Shown piece by piece: positions 17,799-26,581 of a DNA stretch of 32,000 nucleotides. Under the pieces are notes generated by a model. That model saw only the letters and a program-made list of their open reading frames with translations, was not told the origin of the DNA and made no database searches. The position numbers and the translations under genes were made by a program. The number at the start of each line of letters is the position of its first letter. The first letter of the stretch is position 1. The stretch is from Nostoc sp. PCC 7120 = FACHB-418 (lineage in GTDB: Bacteria; Cyanobacteriota; Cyanobacteriia; Cyanobacteriales; Nostocaceae), in NCBI RefSeq assembly GCF_000009705.1, contig NC_003272.1, positions 2,850,001 to 2,882,000 of the forward strand, in the 5' to 3' direction.

Positions 17799-19394
17799 GC
17801 TATTTGCTGTGTATTGACATCATCAAAAACAACTTAATCAAAGATGAAGACGATAAGATTATCAGAATTTGTGTCACGAAACAAGCGATACCGTTGATGA
17901 TAAAAATGTCTTTTTTGTCAAATTATTCATCGTTCTTCCTGAAAATATAAGAAATTAATTACCACTGGTGAAGGAATAATGAGGTACACTCAACTATTCC
18001 AGGGAATAACCTTAGCAATAGGTCACTAAAGTTCGGCAATTAAATTGTAGAGGTGGGTCTGACTAATTTAATGCTCACTTCGTAAAATTCTCCAAAATTT
18101 TGAATTATCAAAACTATGTGACATTCTAGTCCAGCTAACATCACCCACGATCTTGGATAATGACTCTTCCATCAGCAACTACGTTAGAGTACATATCATC
18201 AAGCAATCACTCTCATGATTGGCACAATTGAATTTGTACACTCGTAAAAATCATATTTTGGACAATTAACACGGTTTTTTACATCTGCATTACTTGTTTT
18301 TTCCTAGCCTCAGATACATATTATTGGTGTATTAGCTAAGGACGATAACATCAGTCGGAATCATAAAATCAAACAGTTCCATCTTATAATTTTGTGGTTA
18401 TTTTCTCTAAGATTTATGGTTAATCCCGTGAAAAACTAACAACTATAGGGATTGGAACAGCTTATTAAAAATCCTTTGTTACCTAAATAGTAAGGATGGG
18501 ATTAATTGTGTTTTGTTCCTGTAATTTTCACTGTTCTGATTCACATATGGTATCAATTGCTGATTATTAATTGGTTTACTTTGTGGTTGACAACAGTGCA
18601 GCTTTACAAAAATTTAAATCAGCTAGTTAATGTACTTATCCACCAGAATATTTTTGCTTAGTACATGATGATCAGATATATCTGTTTAGCGTACTATTTT
18701 TAGCAAAATCATAGATGATTTATCTAATTTTATTATTTTATTTCATGGATTGAGTTGCAGGAGCTTTCAATCAATGGCTTAAATAAAAACTAGATCTTGA
18801 ACTATATCTTTCCAGAACAACTAGCTTTAGTTCCCTACTGTTAGCACCCATAAGAACAATAATTAGGAACCTTTATCTCAGCAATTAAGTGGTCGTTATA
18901 TGGCTATTATATCTATGTTTATTATACTTGTATTCATCTTTATCAAAAGTACAATCTAGACTTTTTTTGTCTTTATAAGAAAAGTATGAAGTCAAAGTCA
19001 TTATTGCTAAATTTTTGACTAAAATTATTGACAATTAATCAAAAACATAACAAAACAAATATCCCGGTTAATTATTTATTCACCTCAGCTAGATTGTTTT
19101 CCCAAAAACCCTGATAAATTTTATGCCTGGCAATTTAGGCACAATAATTTTAATTTACCCAGATAGTTAACAGAAGTTACAAGGGTAATCCTAGTTTGTA
19201 AAATTTTAATAAAGTAATAATGTCAGCTAAGAGCTTAGAAACTTCACAGTTTTTACTGGTTGCTGCCTAGATATGCAATAGGGGATAGAGAAGAATTCTC
19301 CTCAGTGAAGAACAACAGCACGACTAAGACTGTTTTGTAGTTAGCACTTTAGTGTTGGAAAAATAACAGATGTTCGTCCAAAAGCCGCGAGAAA

Positions 19395-19900
19395 TAGCGA
19401 ACCCTTCGTTTATTCGTGTTTGGTTGTGGATTTTTCTCAAGCATAGGACTTACCCACCCAAGTTGTGTGTTGAGACTGGGTGTAAGGGTTTTGAGCTTGT
19501 AGAAACCCTTTTGTAAAGCGGGTATGGGTTGGGAAAAGTATTTATGGCTGGGGACTGGGTGAAAAGTCTTTTTGTGTCTAGGTTGTATCATCTATTGATG
19601 TCCTAACACTACTGGCGATAGCCATAAAATATTGTCAGGACGATTTTAGGAAGTCCTTATGCGTTCCTGAAAATCCTCATTTTGAATCTGGATAAGAAAA
19701 ATGGCGTTGCATAAATGCGGGATGAATTGAGACTTTTGTACAAAGCAGAATATCGATTCTACCCTTCTCCTTCTCCTGTCGGAGAGGCTGTGCGAACGGA
19801 GACGCTGGCGCGAACGAGAACGACTTCGCACAGCGTCTCGTAGAGAAGGGCGAATGCGTGTTAGCGTTAGCGGGGCGTAGCCCGATAAAAATCATCACAC
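19395..19900. repeat. Cluster of dispersed repeats (GGACTTAC motif, one TTACACCC octamer unit, GAGACGCTG/CAGCGTCTC hairpin)
   Basis: AAGGGTTT (19484-19491) / AAACCCTT (19503-19510). GAGACGCTG (19799-19807) / CAGCGTCTC (19831-19839). The tracked ORFs here encode low-complexity Arg/Ser strings. Confidence 0.5.
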
Positions 19901-20020
19901 TAATCAGCAACGCCAGAAAAATAAACGATATAAAACTCATTTATTTTCTGAAAAGAATTATTTCAAGGAGTATTGCTTCTCGCCTTGTTGCTTGAGTCAA
20001 GATTGGTATTGAACTGGATT

Positions 20021-21661
20021 TTACTCTAATTGAAACTGGGGCATCAGCTGAAGAGTTCCTAGACCTAAATCCTTGGGTGAGAGCGATCGCGCTTCAAATA
20101 AAGCCATCATATCTCGTAATTGAGGATTGCCACGGGAAGCACCTGTCAAACCTTTGGCAATAATTAACCCACAGAAGCCTTTGGTATTTTTGCAACGTTG
20201 ATTCCACTTGCGACGAGCTTCTACATGAACAGGATCATCATCCAAAAATTCCCCAAATAGGAATAATTCACCATTTTGAGTTTGCAGTAAACCCAAGTCA
20301 TAGCGATCGCCATCCAAGGGGTCAGATCCCGGATTGAAGCAGATAGCTTTTAATCCTCCCACTGCTTCAATATTTTCGATCACCGTTTTGGCTTTGGGGC
20401 GGGAGGTTTGAATCAAAATTACAGGTAAACCATCACCTACTGGTTTAAATTCGCCCAGTTGATGATATTTTACTCCTTGACGTAGGTAGTCGAGCATTTC
20501 CCAGGACACTACACCCAAACTGAGAAATGAGTCTTCTGGTATTAAGTCATCACGTAGAGAGTGCGACTCGATGGAAGTTAATTCACCAAATTCTTCGTCA
20601 TCTAATACTAAGTCTGCCATTTCTTCTAACTCTGCGGCGAGTTGTGGCATGGTAGAGACGGTGACAGATACGGCTTTTGTTGTTTCGTCGGATGCAGGTA
20701 AGGAGATCCGATAACGATGGTTGATATTGGGGAACTCACCACTGGACAACTGACGACGATGGTCACGAATGAAGCGACAAAAACTTTCTAAAGCGAGGAA
20801 GACAACAGCTGCCTCCTCATCGTATAAGACAGAGCGCAATCCTTCTAATGGATGGATATTGCCAAAAGTTGGGCTAATTTCTGATAATGCCAAATCAGCT
20901 AAATCATCAAATTCAGCTTCATCATCAGTATCATCTTCACGCTCAAAAGTGAGGAACAAGCAATCTTGTTTGAGAAAAGCCTCTTCTAAGTGACCTTGGG
21001 ATTCGTCATCTTGTAAAACTGCTGCACGAAATCGCTTGAGGGAATCTTCGGAACGATAAAACAAAATTCCATACTCCATCCCCAGCATTCCCATGACCGA
21101 GGCGTAGAGTGTACCTACATCCCACTTATTAATTTCTATAGATATGATTTGCTGTTCTTCTAAAAATTCCCAGGGTGCGGCTTGCCAAATAGCATAGGCT
21201 TTTTCGTGTAAAGGTTTGGCATACTGGGGAGGAACATCAGGAATTTGACTGTCGATGATTTCTGCAAATCCCCGAAACAGTTCATCAATTAAGGGTAATT
21301 CCGGCGAATAATCGATCGCAATATCCAAATCTTGGAGGACACCACGCAGATAAAATTGAATTTCGCGATCGCGCACGACAATTTTTTGGGGTCGTGCGGG
21401 TTTGGCTGGACTGTGGGGATGTTCCATTGCTCGCATTAAGGTGCGAACGATCGCCTCTGGGCCAGTATCTTCTGATATTACATCCATTCCCCGCACAATG
21501 CCTTGGGAGCCATCCACCCAGAGAATACAATCGCCCTTGGACTCTGAATTGAAATTCGGGGTGGGCGATGATGACAACGGACGGCGATCGCCCTCCCATA
21601 CAGAAGGAATTTGGGTTAATTTCTTCAACCGACGACTGGTAGAGCGATTAAAACTTGTCAT
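20021..21661 (-). CDS. Conserved hypothetical protein, 546 aa, with acidic segments
   Basis: Long ORF with several HIP1 sites. No catalytic motif recognised. Confidence 0.7.
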   Translation of the reverse strand: MTSFNRSTSRRLKKLTQIPSVWEGDRRPLSSSPTPNFNSESKGDCILWVDGSQGIVRGMDVISEDTGPEAIVRTLMRAMEHPHSPAKPARPQKIVVRDREIQFYLRGVLQDLDIAIDYSPELPLIDELFRGFAEIIDSQIPDVPPQYAKPLHEKAYAIWQAAPWEFLEEQQIISIEINKWDVGTLYASVMGMLGMEYGILFYRSEDSLKRFRAAVLQDDESQGHLEEAFLKQDCLFLTFEREDDTDDEAEFDDLADLALSEISPTFGNIHPLEGLRSVLYDEEAAVVFLALESFCRFIRDHRRQLSSGEFPNINHRYRISLPASDETTKAVSVTVSTMPQLAAELEEMADLVLDDEEFGELTSIESHSLRDDLIPEDSFLSLGVVSWEMLDYLRQGVKYHQLGEFKPVGDGLPVILIQTSRPKAKTVIENIEAVGGLKAICFNPGSDPLDGDRYDLGLLQTQNGELFLFGEFLDDDPVHVEARRKWNQRCKNTKGFCGLIIAKGLTGASRGNPQLRDMMALFEARSLSPKDLGLGTLQLMPQFQLE

Positions 21662-21964
21662 AGAGTAGGTTAATCAGAAACAGGCGATGGAAAAGTACAC
21701 TTTTGGCAATGGCTGGCCATGAAGCAAATGTTCTTGGCTTGGTTATAGCTCAGGCTGGAACTCTAAAAATACCAAATCTTTAAATACACTGAGTCTCTCA
21801 ATTCTAGAATAAAAATCTTGCCCTGCTTTTGATAGACTGTTCACAATTTAACGATTAGCGTCATCATTGTCGCTAGAATGAATAAAAAAACTAGTAAAGA
21901 CAAACCAAGGGCAATCACAAGCCCGAAGCGGATATTTTACATCATTTAAGGAGTTGAAAAGCGG

Positions 21965-22321
21965 ATGACACAAGCAACTCAGTCTCAACAAAGCGGGATA
22001 CTGTTGAGCGAAGCCGCTTTGCGGCAAGTAAAGTCCCTCCAAGAAAAGCAAGGTCAAGATTTATGCTTGAGGGTAGGAGTACGCCAAGGTGGCTGCTCTG
22101 GGATGTCTTACATGATGGACTTTGAACAGGAAAGCCAGATCACTCCTCAGGATGAAGTTTTTGATTACGATGGCTTCAAAATTGTCTGCGATCGCAAAAG
22201 TATTTTATATCTTTATGGCTTAATGCTTGATTATAGCGATGCCATGATCGGTGGTGGTTTCCAATTTACCAATCCTAATGCTACTCAGACCTGCGGTTGC
22301 GGTAAGTCATTTGGGGTGTAA
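21965..22321 (+). CDS. iscA: Iron-sulfur cluster assembly accessory protein (HesB/IscA family)
   Basis: GGCSG motif and C-terminal CGCGKSF. AAGGAG lies 10 nt before the ATG. Confidence 0.85.
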   Translation: MTQATQSQQSGILLSEAALRQVKSLQEKQGQDLCLRVGVRQGGCSGMSYMMDFEQESQITPQDEVFDYDGFKIVCDRKSILYLYGLMLDYSDAMIGGGFQFTNPNATQTCGCGKSFGV

Positions 22322-22322
22322 G

Positions 22323-22406
22323 ATTGTCAATTGTCAGTGGTCAGTTGTTAGTTCCGAGTAACTACTGACTAATGACTAATGACTAATGACTAATAACTAA
22401 TGACTA
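22323..22406. repeat. STRR heptamer arrays (TTGTCA-type arm and ATGACTA-type arm)
   Basis: Four units of (A/G)T(T/G)GT(C/T)A at 22323-22350. Six units of (A/C)T(G/A)ACTA at 22365-22406. The last unit contains the start codon of the next gene. Confidence 0.85.
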
Positions 22407-22822
22407 ACACTGTTGATTCCCTGTTTGATACAGGATTAGAACGTTATAAAGCTGGAGAGCCTGCTGCTGATTTGATCCCCGTGTTTAAAGAAGTATGCGA
22501 TCGCGCTCCCAAAGCCAGCGCCGCTTGGATCTGTCTAGCTTGGTTATATTTGCTGGAGGATAAGCCAAACTTAGCTCTTAAGGCAGCACAAAAGGCAGTG
22601 AAAATCAATCCTCAAGACCCACAAGCTAGGGTAAATCTCGCTGTGGCTATGCTAGAAACTGGTCAAAAAGGCTTGCGGCAACATATTGATATTACACAAC
22701 AATTAATGTTGGTCAATCCCGATTGGCGAGATGAGATTCAAAATAGTATTGCAGATGGTTTAAGCAGAAAACCTGATTGGCAGAGCTTGGCCAAAGTTAA
22801 AGGCTGGTTGTTTAATGAATAG
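22400..22822 (+). CDS. TPR-repeat protein
   Basis: The helical repeat pattern AAWICLAWLYLLEDKPNLALKAAQKAVKINPQDPQA is typical of TPR. Confidence 0.7.
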   Translation: MTNTVDSLFDTGLERYKAGEPAADLIPVFKEVCDRAPKASAAWICLAWLYLLEDKPNLALKAAQKAVKINPQDPQARVNLAVAMLETGQKGLRQHIDITQQLMLVNPDWRDEIQNSIADGLSRKPDWQSLAKVKGWLFNE

Positions 22823-22828
22823 TGGCTA

Positions 22829-22916
22829 GGGGATTGGGGATAGAGACTAGAGGTTAGAACTTATATTCAAGATCATTGTTTCGTCCCCAGTTCCCAATCA
22901 CTCATCCCCAATCCCC
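22829..22916. repeat. Perfect 13-bp inverted STRR1 repeat pair
   Basis: GGGGATTGGGGAT (22829-22841) and ATCCCCAATCCCC (22904-22916). Confidence 0.8.
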
Positions 22917-22924
22917 ACTTCCTC

Positions 22925-23170
22925 ATGAAAGAAAAATTATTAAACTGGCTAAATTTGATTTTAGTAGCAGATGTATTTCTGGTATTGTTAGGCTTTATTT
23001 GGTTTGCGATCGCGGTCATGGGTGAAGCGATCGGAGTTAATCTAGGTCTAGATTTGTGGCACAAACTTTGGCAACCTGTATTTAACCCAGCGATCGGCAT
23101 TTTGATGGGTGGTGCAATTCTGAGTGGTTTGATTAGTTGGGTATCCCGAAAATTTCTTTCTAGTCAATAA
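22925..23170 (+). CDS. Small membrane protein, 81 aa
   Basis: Two hydrophobic segments. Confidence 0.5.
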   Translation: MKEKLLNWLNLILVADVFLVLLGFIWFAIAVMGEAIGVNLGLDLWHKLWQPVFNPAIGILMGGAILSGLISWVSRKFLSSQ

Positions 23171-23191
23171 TTAATCAGCACTCGTTGATAA

Positions 23192-23368
23192 ATGGAACCA
23201 ACGGTTGAACAGTTAAAAGCTTTCTACAATTTATGTGTACGAGCGAGTAACTTACTACAAACGATAGAACTAACCAGGTACGATACTCGCTCACAGAGAA
23301 TAGTCATACTTATAGGACAAACAATTCAAGCAGAGATTTTGAGCAATGGAGAGACTATCATACAATGA
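23192..23368 (+). CDS. Small protein, 58 aa, absent from the ORF track
   Basis: Hand translation gives MEPTVEQLKAFYNLCVRASNLLQTIELTRYDTRSQRIVILIGQTIQAEILSNGETIIQ. Its TGA overlaps the next ATG (ATGA at 23365-23368). Confidence 0.45.
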   Translation: MEPTVEQLKAFYNLCVRASNLLQTIELTRYDTRSQRIVILIGQTIQAEILSNGETIIQ

Positions 23369-23547
23369 GTGATGCCAATTATGTACACTTAACAGAAGTA
23401 GAATTGAGGGAATACGTAAAACGTCATCCCCAAGATGAAGAAGCCTTTCAACACTATCTCTCAATTGTTAGGGCTAAACCAAACAGGGTTGTGGTTAGCA
23501 CAGGTGAACAGTTAGAGACTGAGCTAAAAAAAAGACTGGCATCGTGA
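23365..23547 (+). CDS. Small protein, 60 aa
   Basis: ORF track. Start overlaps the upstream ORF stop. From memory it resembles small cyanobacterial DUF proteins (unverified). Confidence 0.55.
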   Translation: MSDANYVHLTEVELREYVKRHPQDEEAFQHYLSIVRAKPNRVVVSTGEQLETELKKRLAS

Positions 23548-23557
23548 ACAATTAACT

Positions 23558-24478
23558 TCACTGCAAAATTTCTTGTAAAGCTGGTTGTAAATTGGGATAC
23601 TGGTATTTAATGCCAGATGCTAAAGCTCGTTTAGGAAGTACTTGTTGACCTTCTAGAACAACGATCGCCCCATCTCCCAAAAGAGCTTCTATAGCAAAAC
23701 CTGGGACAGGCAACCATGAAGGACGGTTCATTACTTGTCCCATAGTTTGGCTTAAGTCATTCATGCGGATAGGATTGGGAGCCGTAGCATTATATACACC
23801 TTCTAGTTGTGAGTTGGTTAAAGCTTGCACAATCAGATTTACCAAATCATCAATGTGAATCCAAGAAAACCATTGACGACCGCTACCAATTGGCCCCCCA
23901 GCATAGAGTTTAAAAGGGGTAATCATTTTTCCTAAAGCACCACCCAACCCTAGAACAATACCTAAACGTAATATCACTAGGCGAACGCCTGATTCTTTCA
24001 CTTTTTGGGCTTCTGCTTCCCAAGCTTGACAAACTTGAGCGAGAAAATCCCTACCAGAGGGGCTATTTTCATCAAAGGCAGTGGTTTCACTTGTACCGTA
24101 GTAACCAACAGCAGAAGCATTAACTAATACTGTAGGTTTGGGGTTAGCTTTCGCTATGGCTTCGACTATTTTCTGTGTGCCTAGTTGACGGCTGTTAAGA
24201 ATCTCTCGTTTGTGTTCTGGTGTCCAGCGTGCCTCTGCGATAGGTTCTCCTGCCAAGTTGACTACACCATCACAACCAGCAATTACATCTTGCCACGCCC
24301 CGGATGTAGTGGGTGTATAAGCAACAATTTCTACATTGGCAAATGTCTGTGCAGAAAAATTCCTCCGAGCCGATGCAGTGTTACGGGTTAAGACAATTAT
24401 TTGATGACCTTCTTTGTGAAGTCGTTGTACTAAGCGAGTTCCGACAAATCCTGTTGCGCCTGTAATTGCTACTTTCAT
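23558..24478 (-). CDS. NAD-dependent epimerase/dehydratase family protein (YfcH/TIGR01777-like)
   Basis: MKVAITGATGFVG Rossmann motif. GGGGAGG lies before the ATG at 24478. The track ORF starts 5 codons upstream. Confidence 0.8.
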   Translation of the reverse strand: MKVAITGATGFVGTRLVQRLHKEGHQIIVLTRNTASARRNFSAQTFANVEIVAYTPTTSGAWQDVIAGCDGVVNLAGEPIAEARWTPEHKREILNSRQLGTQKIVEAIAKANPKPTVLVNASAVGYYGTSETTAFDENSPSGRDFLAQVCQAWEAEAQKVKESGVRLVILRLGIVLGLGGALGKMITPFKLYAGGPIGSGRQWFSWIHIDDLVNLIVQALTNSQLEGVYNATAPNPIRMNDLSQTMGQVMNRPSWLPVPGFAIEALLGDGAIVVLEGQQVLPKRALASGIKYQYPNLQPALQEILQ

Positions 24479-24585
24479 AATGCACCTCCCCAAACCCTTA
24501 TTTTAAAGTTTTTTATCAAATTTTCAACTTATGTTGCTGGGATTGGGGAGAGGCAAGACAGCAGGAGGAAGAACTAATGACTAAT

Positions 24586-25791
24586 TTAAAAATCTACGCC
24601 CCTTTTTAGTTCTACACCTTGATTAGCATAATGTTTGTGGCAGTAAACTTCGGAGTGAATACTGGCTAGGTCAAAGTAAGCAGGTTGATTTTGGCAACGT
24701 CCAGTAATGATGATTTCGGTGTCGCGGGGTTTACGAAGTAAAGCTTGGACAATTGGTTCTACCGGGAGTAGTTCCAAATCAACAGTGGGATTGAGTTCAT
24801 CAAGGATGATGGTTTTGTATAGTCCAGAGGCGATCGCAACTTTAGCTATTTCCCAACCCCGTTCTGCTTCTACGTAGTCTAATTCTTGTCGAGAATTGCG
24901 CCAAACGATCGCATCTCGACCACAGCGTTGATGATCTACCACCTCAGGGTATGATTGCCGCAAGGCTGAGATCGCTGCATCTTCTGTATAGCCGCTACCA
25001 CCTTTGAGCCACTGCATAATTAATACCCGCGTTGACCCTGGATGGTTGATACCTCTGCCAATTGCTTGTAATGCCTTACCTAAAGCACTGGTAGATTTAC
25101 CTTTACCTGCACCAGTATAAATTTCAATCCCCGTCATCAAAAGTTCTGTGGCTTTGGGGTGGTGTAAGGGTTTCATTTCTGAGTGTAAATCCGCAATGTC
25201 AAGTAATTTTTGTGGCGCACCTCTTCCTGTGGCAATAATTTCTAACTCTTGGGGTTTTGATTTTAATGTCCCCACTACCTCATCTACCGAAAGTAACCCT
25301 AAATCGAGAACTGGGTTAATTTCATCTAAGACAACAACAGAATATAAACCAGAAGCGATCGCGCCTTTGGCGACATCCCAACCCCGTCCCGCTTCACTAC
25401 GGTCAAAAGTTGTGATTTCTTCTGGGCCAAAAAATTCTGCTCTCCCGGTGCGTACTTGGTCAATTAAATGGGGGAATCCACGCTGTAAAGCAGCGATCGC
25501 TCCGTCTTCGTCATAATCTCGTTCTGGCCCTTTTAAAAAGCGTAGTAGCAGTACACGATTGGAATTGTTCGGTGCGTTTATTCCTAAGCCTATGGAGCGT
25601 AAAACTACACCCAACGCTGCTTGTGACTTACCTTTACCGACACCATCATATACATGAATTTGGCCAGTAAGCCGTTCTGAACGCACTTGTGCTGTGCGGA
25701 TACCGATGCCGTTCCTTGTCATCTGTTGAAAAGCTGTAACGTGGCAGTTTCCTATCTTACCGGAGGTTAGGTCGCTACGCTCTAAATTCAA
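24586..25791 (-). CDS. cobO: Tandem two-domain CobA/CobO/BtuR-type corrinoid adenosyltransferase-like protein
   Basis: Two P-loops (DGVGKGKSQAALG and TGAGKGKSTSALG), each followed by F/WLKG and VVLDE/ILDE motifs. The start is uncertain (TTG 25791 or ATG 25722). Confidence 0.75.
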   Translation of the reverse strand: MNLERSDLTSGKIGNCHVTAFQQMTRNGIGIRTAQVRSERLTGQIHVYDGVGKGKSQAALGVVLRSIGLGINAPNNSNRVLLLRFLKGPERDYDEDGAIAALQRGFPHLIDQVRTGRAEFFGPEEITTFDRSEAGRGWDVAKGAIASGLYSVVVLDEINPVLDLGLLSVDEVVGTLKSKPQELEIIATGRGAPQKLLDIADLHSEMKPLHHPKATELLMTGIEIYTGAGKGKSTSALGKALQAIGRGINHPGSTRVLIMQWLKGGSGYTEDAAISALRQSYPEVVDHQRCGRDAIVWRNSRQELDYVEAERGWEIAKVAIASGLYKTIILDELNPTVDLELLPVEPIVQALLRKPRDTEIIITGRCQNQPAYFDLASIHSEVYCHKHYANQGVELKRGVDF

Positions 25792-25994
25792 AACCTTACA
25801 CCCTTACACCCGTTCTCAACAGAAAATCTGGGTGCGTAAGTCTTAATTAAAGATAAATCGGAGTATACTGGCACACCAAGAGAGTTAGTAAGGATTGGGG
25901 ATAGGAGAATTATGACTCAGCACTTAGTACTCATAACTCAGCCCTCATTATTACAGCTATACTCTCTACAGTTTCCCTTTTTTGTTGAGTGTCT

Positions 25995-26534
25995 ATGTTT
26001 GAAGATTTGACTATACCCAGGATTTGGCCGATTGGCGCAATTTTGTTTAACTTGTTGTTTTTACTGATTGCTATTCCTATAGAAGGTTATATCTACCATA
26101 GGAGACTCAACTTTGATAAGAAGACTAGTATTTTTTATGCGATCGCCGTCAACAGCTTTTCTGGTGTCATCGGCTGGGTGATATTTTTTTTCGTGGAGCC
26201 TGTATTACCAGTACCGATTAAGGCTGAGTTAATTAATTACATATTTTTTAATATTTTTAGATCAACCAATACCCAAGGTGTTCTGATTTTTACCACTTTT
26301 ATCATTTTCTTTTCCACTTTTTTAATGAAATTTTTTCTTTTGCGGCTTTTTGTTTTCACCTTAAGTGAAGATATAGGGAAAAAGCAAGAAGAACCGCAGC
26401 CATTTTACCGTCAGAAAGTCCGTTTCATTAGTAGAATTAGGCTTCAAGATACAAATTTAGTAACTACGACACTTATTGCTAACTCGTTAAGTTACACCGC
26501 TATAACTATTATTTTATTGATACGTAATAGGTAG
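25995..26534 (+). CDS. fraC: Filament integrity protein FraC
   Basis: Multi-pass membrane protein of 179 aa from the ATG. It is the first gene of a C-D-E arrangement with a convergent pentapeptide gene, as in the Anabaena PCC 7120 fra cluster (recalled from the literature). Confidence 0.7.
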
Positions 26535-26581
26535 GCGAAAGCAAGAATATTTGTATTTAAAAATATAAAGGGAGGTAACTT

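Noticed and set aside
17814-17842. TTGACA hexamer as a possible -35 for a plus-strand transcript in the island.
   Set aside because: There is no acceptable -10 at 16-18 nt spacing.
18420-18505. CRISPR-like repeat end GGGATTGGAAC (18448-18458), with TTAATCCC/GGGATTAA inverted repeats nearby.
   Set aside because: There is only one copy of the GATTGAAAC-like motif, no regularly spaced repeats, and no cas genes in the window.
18393-18644. DnaA-box-like nonamers (TGTGGTTAT, TGTGGTTGA, TTATCCACC) in the AT-rich island.
   Set aside because: There are only three imperfect boxes over 250 nt, and no dnaA or dnaN nearby. This is expected by chance in AT-rich DNA.
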